39,142 nt of DNA, taken from contig JAYZBQ010000013.1 in the NCBI GenBank assembly GCA_036338695.1, positions 1-39,142 on the forward strand, read 5' to 3'. A program made the translations under genes and the position numbers. Below are positions 25,589 through 35,036 of the stretch, in pieces. Source of the DNA: Myxococcota bacterium (GTDB lineage: Bacteria; Myxococcota; UBA4151). Position 1 is the first letter of the stretch, and the number at the start of each line of letters is the position of its first letter. The notes beneath the pieces are model-generated. The model did no database searches, was not told the DNA's origin, and saw nothing but the letters and a program-made list of their open reading frames with translations.

Positions 25589-27267
25589 CGATCGTCTCGA
25601 GCAGCCGCCTCAGCGGCGAGGAACCCGAAGGTGAGCGCCGGACCGATCGTTCCACCGGCTCCCGGGTAGGTTCGCGCCATCACGGAGGCTGCGTTGTTGC
25701 CAGCCGCATAGAGACCGGCGATCACCGAGCCGTCCGGGCGCAGCGCCCGACCCGATGAGTCGGTCTGGACCCCGCCTTTGGTCCCGAGATCTCCCGGGTA
25801 GACAGCGATCGCATAAAACGGCGGCTCCTCGATCGCAGCAAGGCACGGGTTCGTGCGGCCGCGCGGGTCGCCGTAATAGCGGTCTGAGAGGGTGTCTCCG
25901 CGGCCGAAGTCATCGTCGAGACCTGCGCGCGCTTGCTCGTTGAAGCGGTTCACCGTGGCGCAGAGTTGAGCCTCAGGGACACCGAGTTTCGCCGCCAATT
26001 CGCTCAGCGAATTGGAGCGGTTCATGAAGTCATCTTTGAGTCGTCGAGGGGTTCGCTGATCCGGCGCCGCGTAACCTGGCGCAACCGGACCGACCGGGTA
26101 GTTGTGACGAAAGCGGGCATCGAAGACCATGTACGCAGGTACGGCGGGAGCGCCCGCCTCATGCTCTTCGTAGAGCGCACGGCCGGCGTCCACATAGGGT
26201 CCCGCCTCGTTGCAAAAACGGCGACCTTGCTGATTGATGAAGATCGAACCCGGTAGGTTCTTCTCGACGACCAGCACCCAGCCGAGATCGGATCTCGGGA
26301 CCTTGGTCGTCGGGGTCCACCAGGCCTCATCCATCAAGCTCAGGCTCGCCCCAGCATCAGCGCCCGCTCGGATGCCGTCACCGCGAGAGAACGGGTTGGC
26401 TGCGGTCCACTCGACGCTGCTCGGCTGGGGGCCGTACTCGGCGCGCATCGCCGCATTCTTTTCAAACCCGCCCGCCGCCAGAATCACCCCCCGTGCGGCG
26501 CGCAGCACCTGCCGCTTCCCCGCTCGCTCGACCTCGACGCCGACGATGCGCCCTGACTCTTCGACCAAGCCTTCAAGCCCGAGTCCAAGCTCGATCGGGA
26601 CGCCGCGCTCGAGCAGCGACCACCGAAGACGCCCTGCCAGCGCGTTGCCTGCGAACAGCTTGGTGTCGCGTCCGTACAGCCGGCGCTTAAACGTCCGAGC
26701 GAGGTACCCGAGAAAGCACCAAGCCATGAGCAGCGTGCCACGCCACCCCCCTGTGAGCAGGCTGTGCGCCATGCCGGCGGTAATCCCAAACTTCCCAAGA
26801 ATCTGGCTCTGAGGATGAGGCGGGCGCAAGGTCCGCAGCGCATCGCCCAGGCGGGCTCCATCCATCGGGCGGCTCTCCATCGACCGCCCACCCGGTTTCC
26901 CCCCCGGCGCCTCGGCGTAGTAATCAGCGTACTTGTCGAGCGGGTCGAAGCGGACGCGGCTGTTGCGCGTCAGGTAATCGAGCATCCGCTGGCTCTCACG
27001 CACGTAGACCTCGAGCGCCTCCGGATCGCCCTCATCGCCCGTGATGTGTTTGAGGTAATCGAGCGCCTCTTCGCTGGAGTCGCTCGCTTTCATGTTCGGG
27101 TTGTTCGGGACCCAACAGACGCCGCCGGACATCGCCGTCGAGCCACCGAAGTGCTCGCTCTTCTCGAGCACCACCACGCGCAAGCCGAGGTCGTGCGCGC
27201 GCAGCGCCGCCGCCATCCCTGCGGCGCCGCTTCCGACCACGATCAGATCCACGTCATGACTCATCAT
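25585..27267 (-). CDS. kstD: 3-ketosteroid delta-1-dehydrogenase (FAD-dependent)
   Basis: VVGSGAAG, GGSTAMSGGVCWVPNN, DYYAEAPGG, NEAGPY, GDLGTKGG, GLYAAGN, TYPGAGGTIG; start uncertain among ATGs at 27276/27267/27264. Confidence 0.83.
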   Translation of the reverse strand: MMSHDVDLIVVGSGAAGMAAALRAHDLGLRVVVLEKSEHFGGSTAMSGGVCWVPNNPNMKASDSSEEALDYLKHITGDEGDPEALEVYVRESQRMLDYLTRNSRVRFDPLDKYADYYAEAPGGKPGGRSMESRPMDGARLGDALRTLRPPHPQSQILGKFGITAGMAHSLLTGGWRGTLLMAWCFLGYLARTFKRRLYGRDTKLFAGNALAGRLRWSLLERGVPIELGLGLEGLVEESGRIVGVEVERAGKRQVLRAARGVILAAGGFEKNAAMRAEYGPQPSSVEWTAANPFSRGDGIRAGADAGASLSLMDEAWWTPTTKVPRSDLGWVLVVEKNLPGSIFINQQGRRFCNEAGPYVDAGRALYEEHEAGAPAVPAYMVFDARFRHNYPVGPVAPGYAAPDQRTPRRLKDDFMNRSNSLSELAAKLGVPEAQLCATVNRFNEQARAGLDDDFGRGDTLSDRYYGDPRGRTNPCLAAIEEPPFYAIAVYPGDLGTKGGVQTDSSGRALRPDGSVIAGLYAAGNNAASVMARTYPGAGGTIGPALTFGFLAAEAAARDDR

Positions 27268-27362
27268 CAACAGCATCCGACCAGGACGAGCGCTGGTCAA
27301 GGCATCCGCTGTGTGATCGCCCCCTCTAGACAAAGGAGGGCGCGCAAGGGAGAGCCACGACC

Positions 27363-28145
27363 ATGAGTCACCCCCTCCGTCATCCGCTGGTTCTGTTCCT
27401 GTTCATCGGCGTCGGACTTTTCGTCCTCGACGGCTTCTTGCGCGAGGAGCCTGTGGACTCCGTGAGCATCTCACCCGCTCAGCGCGAGCAGCTGCGAGAG
27501 GCGCTTGAGCGTCAAGGGCGCTTGAGCCCTGAGGCGCTCGAGGCGAGCGTACAGAACTGGCTCGATGAGGAGATCCTCGTGCGCGAGGCGCGACGGCTCA
27601 ACCTGGTCGAGGATGACCCGATCGTGCGCCGCCGCATGGCGCAGGTGATGCGGTTTTACATCGCCGAGTCTGAGCCGCTCTCACCGCCAACCCGAGCGCA
27701 GCTCGAGCAACACATGGCGGAGCAGCCCGATCGCTACAAACGCCCCGAAAGCGTTGCGTTTGTTCAACACTTCTTCTCGGGCGAAGCCGCCGCTGAGCGC
27801 GCGAAGCAGGCGCAGAAAGAGCTGACAGCGAAGCGCAGCGTCCGAGGTGACCCCTTCGCACACGGCAACCGCTTTGTACGTCAGATCCAGCCCCAACTCT
27901 TGAGCCGATTTGGCGAGCGATTCACCCACCGCGTGTTGGCGCTGCGGCCGAGCGAGCGTTGGCATGTCATCGGCTCGAGTCTCGGTGTCCACGTGGTGCA
28001 GATCACCGACTACACCGAGGCGGGTATGGCGCGGCTTGAGGAGGTGGCGGCGGCGGTTCACAAGGACTGGATGCTTCAGCAGCGAAACCAGGCCGTGCAG
28101 CGCGCGCTCACGGACTTGCGCCTCCGATACAGCCCGGAGCGCTGA
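27363..28145 (+). CDS. Membrane-anchored parvulin/PpiC-like (rotamase) domain protein
   Basis: HPLVLFLFIGVGLF N-terminal TM, EEILVREARRLNL.EDDPIVRRRMAQ, FGERF, SSLGVHVV; typical of the protein found with HupE/UreJ and DUF3604. Confidence 0.75.
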   Translation: MSHPLRHPLVLFLFIGVGLFVLDGFLREEPVDSVSISPAQREQLREALERQGRLSPEALEASVQNWLDEEILVREARRLNLVEDDPIVRRRMAQVMRFYIAESEPLSPPTRAQLEQHMAEQPDRYKRPESVAFVQHFFSGEAAAERAKQAQKELTAKRSVRGDPFAHGNRFVRQIQPQLLSRFGERFTHRVLALRPSERWHVIGSSLGVHVVQITDYTEAGMARLEEVAAAVHKDWMLQQRNQAVQRALTDLRLRYSPER

Positions 28146-29053
28146 TGCGCATCCTCGTTGCGCTGCTGCTCGTGATCGCCTGGCCGGCGCAAGCCCATCG
28201 CATGGGGCTGGCGCGCCTGCTGATCGAGCAAGGCGAGACGGTCGAGCTGTCGCTCGCCATGAACCCACCGGCAGCAAAACACCGTCTGCGCCCACTGCCG
28301 CCGAGCGGTTGCGTAGCGCTGAGCGGTTGGCGCCCGACGCTGGATCGGCTGCATCTAGCGGCTCAATGGCGTTGCTCGAAACCGATTGAGCAGCTCACCA
28401 TCGATCAACAAGGCGACTACGAGGGGTCCTTGTTGGTCCAGCTCGACCGAGACGGTGTGCGCATCGAGCGCGTGAGTCGAGGCGGCGCCTCGCTCGACTT
28501 CCGTCTGCCGTCCAAAGGTCAGCCGGCGAACGCGTTTTGGAGCGGCTTTAATCACCTGCTCGCCGGTTGGGATCACCTGCTCCTGATCGCGCTGATCGGG
28601 GTGAGCGGTCGCAGCCTTCGGTCCCTCTTGTCTGCGACGCTGGCGTTCACGCTCGGTCACGCCGTGAGCCTGACCGTCGTAGCCCTCGGCTGGGTGCGCT
28701 TGCCGGGCGCGCCCATCGAGGCGGCGATCGCGCTGAGCCTGCTCATGATGGCATGGCTCAGTCTTCGCGAGGAGCCACGTTATGAGCCCACCGCGCTGAT
28801 CAGCTTTGGCGCGTTGCATGGGCTGGGTCTGGCTTCTGGGTTTGCGTCGGTGGGGCTCGACGGCTGGCCACTCGTTGAGGGGGTGCTGCTGTTCAACATC
28901 GGGGTCGAGCTCGCTCAGGTCGGCTGGCTCCTCGCCGTGGTCTTGATCCACCGCATGACGCCTGCCTATAACACCCGGACGCTGGTTGCCTACGCAGCCG
29001 GAGGGTTCGCAACCTATTGGATGATTCAGCGTACGCTCGAGCTCGGTTCCTGA
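28145..29053 (+). CDS. HupE/UreJ-family membrane protein
   Basis: Signal peptide AQA-H, GFNHLLAGWDHLL, AFTLGHAVSL, IEAAIALS, FGALHGLG, FNIGVELAQ. Confidence 0.85.
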   Translation: MRILVALLLVIAWPAQAHRMGLARLLIEQGETVELSLAMNPPAAKHRLRPLPPSGCVALSGWRPTLDRLHLAAQWRCSKPIEQLTIDQQGDYEGSLLVQLDRDGVRIERVSRGGASLDFRLPSKGQPANAFWSGFNHLLAGWDHLLLIALIGVSGRSLRSLLSATLAFTLGHAVSLTVVALGWVRLPGAPIEAAIALSLLMMAWLSLREEPRYEPTALISFGALHGLGLASGFASVGLDGWPLVEGVLLFNIGVELAQVGWLLAVVLIHRMTPAYNTRTLVAYAAGGFATYWMIQRTLELGS

Positions 29054-30960
29054 TCCGTTGCGTTGCGCTGACGCTCCTCGTCGTTGCGTGCGCTCGCTAC
29101 GAACCCTACGACATCCCACAAACCGAAGAGCGGACCGCCTGCTCAGACCGAAACCCGCTACGCCAGCTCTACTGGGGTGACCTGCACGTTCACACCGCGC
29201 TCTCCTTTGACGCCTTCTCGAGCCAGCTACGCGCAGGCCCGGTGGACGCCTATGCCTTTGCCCGCGGTGAACCTATCGCCTTACCCCCCTACCACACGGA
29301 CGATAGCCGGACGCGCCGGATCCAGCTCGACCGACCGCTCGATTTCGCCGCCGTCACCGATCACGCCGAGTACTTCGGCGAGGTCACGACCTGTGTGGAT
29401 CCAGACTCGGAGGGCTACAACAACAGCGCCTGTCAAAACTTGCGCAGCGCCGATGGCGCCACCTTTAACTTCGGCGTTCAGCTCTCCAACCCGAATCCTG
29501 AGCGCTTCGCCTGGTGCCGTGGGCTCGATGGCGACTGCGGTCAGCGGGCGCTCAGCGCCTGGCGGCTGGTCCAGGAGGCGGCCGAGGCAGCCTATGACCG
29601 CACCGACGCGTGCCGCTTCACATCCTTCATCGGCTACGAATACTCCAGCGCCGTCGAGGTATCCAACCTGCATCGGAACGTGATCTTTCGCAGCGCCCAT
29701 GTGCCGGAGCGTCCCACCAGCTTCTTCGAAGCGCCCACCGCCGCCGAGCTCTATCGACAAGTGGACACCGATTGCTCGGCGATCACGGGGTGCGATGTGC
29801 TCATGATTCCGCACAACGCCAACCTCTCGAATGGACGCATGTTTGCGCCCGTGTTCAGTGGCGCTGAGGCGAGCGCCGAGAACCTGAGGCTGCGGCAGCG
29901 CATGGAGCCGCTCATGGAGGTCTATCAGCACAAGGGCGCCAGCGAATGCATGAACGGCTTTGAGTCGGCTTTTGGCGCCACCGATGAATGGTGTGACTTC
30001 GAGCTTGTCCACGAACCTGAGTTCGAGGACTGCCGTGACGGGATCGGGGGCTTTGGCATGCTGGCGCAAGGCTGCGTCAGCCAGACAGACTTTGCTCGGG
30101 GGGCGCTGCTCGAGGGTCTACGCCGCCATCAGCAGCAGGGTGTCAATCCACTCAAGCTCGGTTTGATCGCGAGCACAGACACACACAACGCCTCTCCGGG
30201 TGCGGTGTCTGAGCAGACCTTTGCAGGGCACAAAGGGACCGATGACGACGACGACGTCGAGCGCATGAGCGGGGACGACATCACCGCCGGCACATGGCGA
30301 GACAGCCCAGGCGGGCTCGTTGCGGTCTGGGCGCAAGAGAACGCTCGAGACGCGCTCTTTGAGGCGCTCAAACGGCGAGAGGTCTACGGGACCTCAGGAC
30401 CCCGCATCGCGCTGCGCTTCTTTGGCGGGTTTGGGCTCGACGCGTCGCTCTGCGGTGATGATGAGCTCGTCACCAAAGGTTACGAGCAAGGCGTCCCGAT
30501 GGGCTCGGATCTGGCTCAACCCGGTCTGTTCTCTGCGCGCCCGACCTTCGTGGTGCATGCCCTACAAGATCCCGGCAGCGATCAGGTCCCCGGCGCACCG
30601 CTCGAGCGGATCCAGATCATCAAGGGGTGGGTCGATGAGGCTGGGGTCAAGCAGCGCACGGTGCACACCATCTCCCAAGGCAGCGGCGACTTCGTGACCG
30701 ATCCTTCAACCTGTCAAGCGAACGGAGCCGGCTCGAGCTCGCTGTGTGGGACATGGACGGACGACAACTTTCGAGACGATCAGCACGCCTTTTACTACGT
30801 CCGCGTGCTGGCGCAGCCGACCTGCCGCTGGACCTCACACCTCTGCCAGCAGCTGTCCTCCGACACGGTCAGCGCGGCGTGCAGCCGCGAGGACATCCCC
30901 GAGCTGATCCAAGAGCGAGCCTGGTCCTCGCCCATCTGGTACACGCCGAACTCGCCGTGA
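29017..30960 (+). CDS. DUF3604 (PHP-like metallohydrolase) lipoprotein
   Basis: YWGDLHVHT..SFDA, RPLDFAAVTDHAEY, FIGYEYS, NLHRNVIFR, IPHN.NLSNG, EVYQHKGASEC, ASTDTHN, IQERAWSSPIWY; lipobox VVA-C; start uncertain (TTG 29017). Confidence 0.85.
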   Translation: MDDSAYARARFLIRCVALTLLVVACARYEPYDIPQTEERTACSDRNPLRQLYWGDLHVHTALSFDAFSSQLRAGPVDAYAFARGEPIALPPYHTDDSRTRRIQLDRPLDFAAVTDHAEYFGEVTTCVDPDSEGYNNSACQNLRSADGATFNFGVQLSNPNPERFAWCRGLDGDCGQRALSAWRLVQEAAEAAYDRTDACRFTSFIGYEYSSAVEVSNLHRNVIFRSAHVPERPTSFFEAPTAAELYRQVDTDCSAITGCDVLMIPHNANLSNGRMFAPVFSGAEASAENLRLRQRMEPLMEVYQHKGASECMNGFESAFGATDEWCDFELVHEPEFEDCRDGIGGFGMLAQGCVSQTDFARGALLEGLRRHQQQGVNPLKLGLIASTDTHNASPGAVSEQTFAGHKGTDDDDDVERMSGDDITAGTWRDSPGGLVAVWAQENARDALFEALKRREVYGTSGPRIALRFFGGFGLDASLCGDDELVTKGYEQGVPMGSDLAQPGLFSARPTFVVHALQDPGSDQVPGAPLERIQIIKGWVDEAGVKQRTVHTISQGSGDFVTDPSTCQANGAGSSSLCGTWTDDNFRDDQHAFYYVRVLAQPTCRWTSHLCQQLSSDTVSAACSREDIPELIQERAWSSPIWYTPNSP

Positions 30961-31000
30961 GTTGCCGGCTGAGCCGCCCATACGCTAAGAGCCTTGTACG

Positions 31001-31759
31001 ATGCGCTGTTCACTGATCGCAGTCCTGCCCCTGATCGCCTGCTCATCTCCGGAGCCTGCGCCCGTGCCTGCTCGCGACGCAGGGCCTCAGGTACGTGACG
31101 GCGGCGTCGGCAACTGCGGTGACTCGTGGCTGCTTACGTATCAGATCGACGGCACCTTCTTCATCACCGACACGACAGGCGGTATGGGCAACGCCGATCG
31201 ACCGTTGACCACCGGCTCGCTCACGCTCCGAGTGCCAGATCAAGACGGCGCGCCGGGGTCGGGAGCGGCTCAAGTCGTTGATTTCGAGCACGGTGAGCAG
31301 TTCACCGTGACCGCCTTTGGTATCGAGACCATCACCGACGTGGCGGTGAAAGCCGGGCCGAACCCCTGCGGCGTGGCGGCGGGCACGCGCAGCGACGACA
31401 CGCTGACCTGGGCTGAATGCACCGCCAACGACCAACGAGGTGTCGACAAAAATAGCTGGACCCCCGATGACCCGGCCTCGGGCTCCGGGTGTCTCAACGA
31501 CTACTCGACGAGAGGCAACGTCGCCTGTGAGGGCTTGTTTTGTAGCACCGGCGGGCTCGAAGAGGGCGACAACCCGCAAGCTGAAGACTACCACCAACCC
31601 CTCGAAGCCTTCGTGTTTGAAGACGGCTGGGATCGGTTCACGATGGCGCGCTCGGAGATCCCAAACCGTACGCCGAGCCGGACTTGGTTCACGCTGCGCG
31701 GTGAGCTGCTCGAGCAAGAATTGTCCAACACGCCGATGTGTCTGTGCGCAGCGCCGTGA
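31001..31759 (+). CDS. Hypothetical lipoprotein (acidic, several Cys)
   Basis: MRCSLIAVLPLIA-CSSPEP lipobox, RDAG/RDGG linker; fits the operon (stop overlaps next ATG); no recognised family. Confidence 0.7.
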   Translation: MRCSLIAVLPLIACSSPEPAPVPARDAGPQVRDGGVGNCGDSWLLTYQIDGTFFITDTTGGMGNADRPLTTGSLTLRVPDQDGAPGSGAAQVVDFEHGEQFTVTAFGIETITDVAVKAGPNPCGVAAGTRSDDTLTWAECTANDQRGVDKNSWTPDDPASGSGCLNDYSTRGNVACEGLFCSTGGLEEGDNPQAEDYHQPLEAFVFEDGWDRFTMARSEIPNRTPSRTWFTLRGELLEQELSNTPMCLCAAP

Positions 31760-32700
31760 TGGCGCTCAAGCCTGCGCGCAGCAACTGGTCGCTGCGGCGG
31801 CTCACGGGGGGGCTGCGTAGCCCGACGCGCTGGGTCCGGCGGCTCCTCAAGCTGCGCTTTCGGCGCGCCGGGCTGGCACCGTACCGGCTCGAACTCGGCG
31901 ACGGACACCTACACGTTTGGAGCGGCGGCAAAGGCTCCGAGACGCTGGTTTTGCTTCACGGCTTTGGAGGCAGCTGCCTGTGGCAGTGGGCCGATATGGT
32001 CGGCGCGCTCGCCAAGCGCTACCGACTGCTCGTCCCCGATCTCTTGTGGTTCGGGGACAGCGACGGCGAGGCGGCGCAAGGCAGCTTGAAAACCCAGGCT
32101 GCGGCGATCCGTGCGCTGCTCGAGTCGGTCGGTGAGCCGGTCCACGTGGCGGGTATCTCGTATGGCGGCTTCGTCGGTTACATGATCGCCGACGAACACC
32201 CGGGGTTAGTACACAGCCTAACGCTGATCGACTGTCCGGCGACGGTTATGGGCAAAGACGACTACCACCGAGTCCTCGAACGCTTCGCCATTCCGGATAT
32301 GAACGAGCTGCTGGTGCCAGATCAGCCCAGCGTGCTGCCCGATTTGCTTGCGCTCGCCTACCATCGCCCGCCGCGCGTCCCCAAATTTGCCTGGCGAGAC
32401 GCACACCATCACCTCTTTACCGAACACCGCGCCAAGCGCGTCGAGCTGCTCGATGACCTGATCGCGTACCTTGAGACCCCTTACACCGAACAAGAGCGCC
32501 ACCACCCCGTGCTCATTCTCTGGGGTGAACACGACGCGTTGTTTCCGGTCTCGCTGGCGCGACGCCTCAAAGAACACCTCGGCGGCCGGGCGCAGCTTGA
32601 GATCATCCCCAACACGGCGCACGCGCCGATCGTCGAGGCGCCCAAGACCATCAATTCGCTCCTGCTTCGCTTTCTCGCCGGTCAAACCCAGAGCGCCTAG
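31759..32700 (+). CDS. Alpha/beta-fold hydrolase
   Basis: LLHGFGG, VPDLLWFGDS, GISYGG, LWGEHD, AHAP; ATG 31759 overlaps the previous TGA. Confidence 0.85.
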   Translation: MALKPARSNWSLRRLTGGLRSPTRWVRRLLKLRFRRAGLAPYRLELGDGHLHVWSGGKGSETLVLLHGFGGSCLWQWADMVGALAKRYRLLVPDLLWFGDSDGEAAQGSLKTQAAAIRALLESVGEPVHVAGISYGGFVGYMIADEHPGLVHSLTLIDCPATVMGKDDYHRVLERFAIPDMNELLVPDQPSVLPDLLALAYHRPPRVPKFAWRDAHHHLFTEHRAKRVELLDDLIAYLETPYTEQERHHPVLILWGEHDALFPVSLARRLKEHLGGRAQLEIIPNTAHAPIVEAPKTINSLLLRFLAGQTQSA

Positions 32701-32703
32701 TTC

Positions 32704-33948
32704 ATGATCTCAAAGCGTATTCGGGTGATCGAAGACCCGCCAACGATGAGCGTGAGCGAGCGGGAGGTCCCTGCGCACCACGCCGAGATCACGCAAGACG
32801 CCGTCGAATCCATCTGGAGCGCCGTGCTCAGCTACTATCGCATGGGCCTGCAGCCGGCGATGAGCTTGTGCGTTCGCGTGCGCGGCCACGTCGTCCTCGA
32901 TCGCACCGTCGGGCATCGCTTGGGGAACGCGCCGGACGACTCACCGAGCGCCCCCCTCATCCCGGCAACCCCCGATACGCCGTTTAACCTCTTCTCGGCG
33001 TCCAAGCCGATCACGGCCATGATCGTGCATGGCTTGATCGAGCGGGGCTTGCTCAAGCTCGACGACCCCATCAGCCGCTACCTCCATGAGTTCGATCAAG
33101 CCGGCAAACGCGACATCACGCTCCGGCACGTTCTGAGCCACCGCGCAGGGCTCGAAAAGATACCCGGCGCCATCGACCTCGACCGGCTCGATGACCACGA
33201 CCACTTCCGTCGCCTGTTTGCGACCACGCCGATGGCGAGCCAAAGCGGCAGTAATTCAGCCTATCATGCCATCACGGGTGGCTACATCTTGTGGGAGGTC
33301 GTGCGAGAGGTAACCGGTCGCTGCCTCAAAGACCTACAGCGCGAATGGGTCTGCGAACCGCTCGGGTTCACCCACATGAACTACGGCATCGACACCGCCC
33401 ACCGCGCCTCGGCTGCGCCGGATGTGTTCACAGGACCGCCTGCGCTGTATCCGCTTGGACAGATCCTCGAGCGTGCGGTCGGAGTCGACATTCGAGGGGT
33501 GGTCGAGACCACCAACGATGAGCGGTTCTTGGGCGCTGTCGTCCCCTCGGCGAACATCTTCGCCACCGCCAACGAAGCCTGCCGTTACTTTGAGATGCTC
33601 CGCTGTGGCGGCACCCTAGAGGGTCACCGCATCTTCGCTGAAGAGACCGTGCAACGCGCCGTGGGGCAGTCTGCGTTCACCGAGCTGGACTCCGTGATCA
33701 AGCTCCCGATCCAGTACGGGTTAGGGTTCATGCTCGGCAACCCCCTCCTGAGCCTCTTTGGGCCGCGCACGGCTGGCGCCTTTGGGCACCTCGGTTACAC
33801 CAACGTTTTGGTCTGGGCTGACCCTCAGCGCGAGCTCTCCGTTGCGTTCTTAAACAACGGCAAACCCTTTGTGACCCCGGAGCTCTTGGTTTGGCTGAAC
33901 ATCCCACGCACGATCTGTTCGCAGATCCCGCGACGATTGGCAGCCTGA
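32704..33948 (+). CDS. Beta-lactamase-fold serine hydrolase (family VIII esterase, LipE-like)
   Basis: FSASK (SxxK), ITLRHVLSHRAG, AYHAITGG, YGLGFMLG, AFGHLG. Confidence 0.85.
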   Translation: MISKRIRVIEDPPTMSVSEREVPAHHAEITQDAVESIWSAVLSYYRMGLQPAMSLCVRVRGHVVLDRTVGHRLGNAPDDSPSAPLIPATPDTPFNLFSASKPITAMIVHGLIERGLLKLDDPISRYLHEFDQAGKRDITLRHVLSHRAGLEKIPGAIDLDRLDDHDHFRRLFATTPMASQSGSNSAYHAITGGYILWEVVREVTGRCLKDLQREWVCEPLGFTHMNYGIDTAHRASAAPDVFTGPPALYPLGQILERAVGVDIRGVVETTNDERFLGAVVPSANIFATANEACRYFEMLRCGGTLEGHRIFAEETVQRAVGQSAFTELDSVIKLPIQYGLGFMLGNPLLSLFGPRTAGAFGHLGYTNVLVWADPQRELSVAFLNNGKPFVTPELLVWLNIPRTICSQIPRRLAA

Positions 33949-35036
33949 TGGATTTTCGCCCTGCGCCTGATGTGCTCGAGCTGCTCGCGCTCACCGAGCG
34001 CTGGCTGGAGCCTCAGCGGTCAATCGATGCGCTCCTTGAGGCGCAAGCGCAGCCCGCCGGCTATCAAGTCAGCGCCTGGAACCAATGCGCTGAGCTTGGC
34101 TTGTGCAGCCTCCTCATCGATGAAGCGTACGGCGGTACGCAGATGGGCCTTGAGGCGATGTGCCACCTCAGCGAAGCCTTCGGCCGGGCGCTGCTGGCTT
34201 CCCCCCACTTCGCCCACGCCGTGCTCGCCTCCGACCTCCTCAACATGAGCGAAGCAGAGGCGCTCAAGGCGCAGCACCTCGGCGCCTGGGCGATGGGGGA
34301 AACCTGCGCCACGGTAGCATCCGGGGGTCGGTCGGACTGGGTGGATGGCACCTTGAGCGGCACCTGGGACAATGTCCTCCACGGCGACACGGCTGATCAG
34401 ATCGTGCTGACAGCGCACGATCAGAGCGGTCAACCGCTCATCCTCCTGCTCAACGCCGATGCCTTTGAACGGACCGTACAGCACGGGTTCGATCAGAGCC
34501 GGCAGCGAGCCCGCCTCGTCCTGCCGAGACGACCGGTGGACCCGAGCGAAGTGATCGCCTCTGGTGAGCACGCGCAGCGTCTTGTTTCCCTCGCCCAGCA
34601 GCGAGCTCAGGTGGTCCTGGCCTACGAACAACTCGGGGTCGCGCAGGCATGTCTAGACGCCAGCCTTGAGTACGCCAAAACGCGCCGACAGTTCGGCACG
34701 ATCATCGGCACCTTCCAAGCCATCAAACACCTGATCGCAGACCTTTACACTCAGCTCGAGGCGGCTCGCTCAGCCGCAGTGTTCGCAGCCTGGTGTGCGG
34801 ATCACGAGCCCGATCAGCTCCCCTTTGCATCGCTCACAGCGGCTCAGCTGGCTGGCGACGCGGCCTTCCAATGCGCCGGGCAAAACATCCAGATCCACGG
34901 TGGGATCGGCTTTACCTGGGAGCATCCAGCGCACCTCTACTTCAAGCGCGCTCAGTCGAACCAGCATCTGCTCGGCTGCTCGCTCGATCAGCTTGATCAA
35001 GCGGCGCGCCTGCTCGAGCTCGAAGGAGGCTGCTGA
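33948..35036 (+). CDS. Acyl-CoA dehydrogenase partner subunit (candidate IpdE2/FadE33 equivalent)
   Basis: RRQFGTIIGTFQAIKH, QIHGGIGFTWEHPAHLYFKRA; ATG 33948 in TGATG overlap; precedes the fadE30-like gene. Confidence 0.85.
   Translation: MDFRPAPDVLELLALTERWLEPQRSIDALLEAQAQPAGYQVSAWNQCAELGLCSLLIDEAYGGTQMGLEAMCHLSEAFGRALLASPHFAHAVLASDLLNMSEAEALKAQHLGAWAMGETCATVASGGRSDWVDGTLSGTWDNVLHGDTADQIVLTAHDQSGQPLILLLNADAFERTVQHGFDQSRQRARLVLPRRPVDPSEVIASGEHAQRLVSLAQQRAQVVLAYEQLGVAQACLDASLEYAKTRRQFGTIIGTFQAIKHLIADLYTQLEAARSAAVFAAWCADHEPDQLPFASLTAAQLAGDAAFQCAGQNIQIHGGIGFTWEHPAHLYFKRAQSNQHLLGCSLDQLDQAARLLELEGGC

Noticed and set aside
32704..33948. Beta-lactam resistance gene
   Set aside because: No signal peptide; motifs and context fit a family VIII esterase rather than a class C beta-lactamase.
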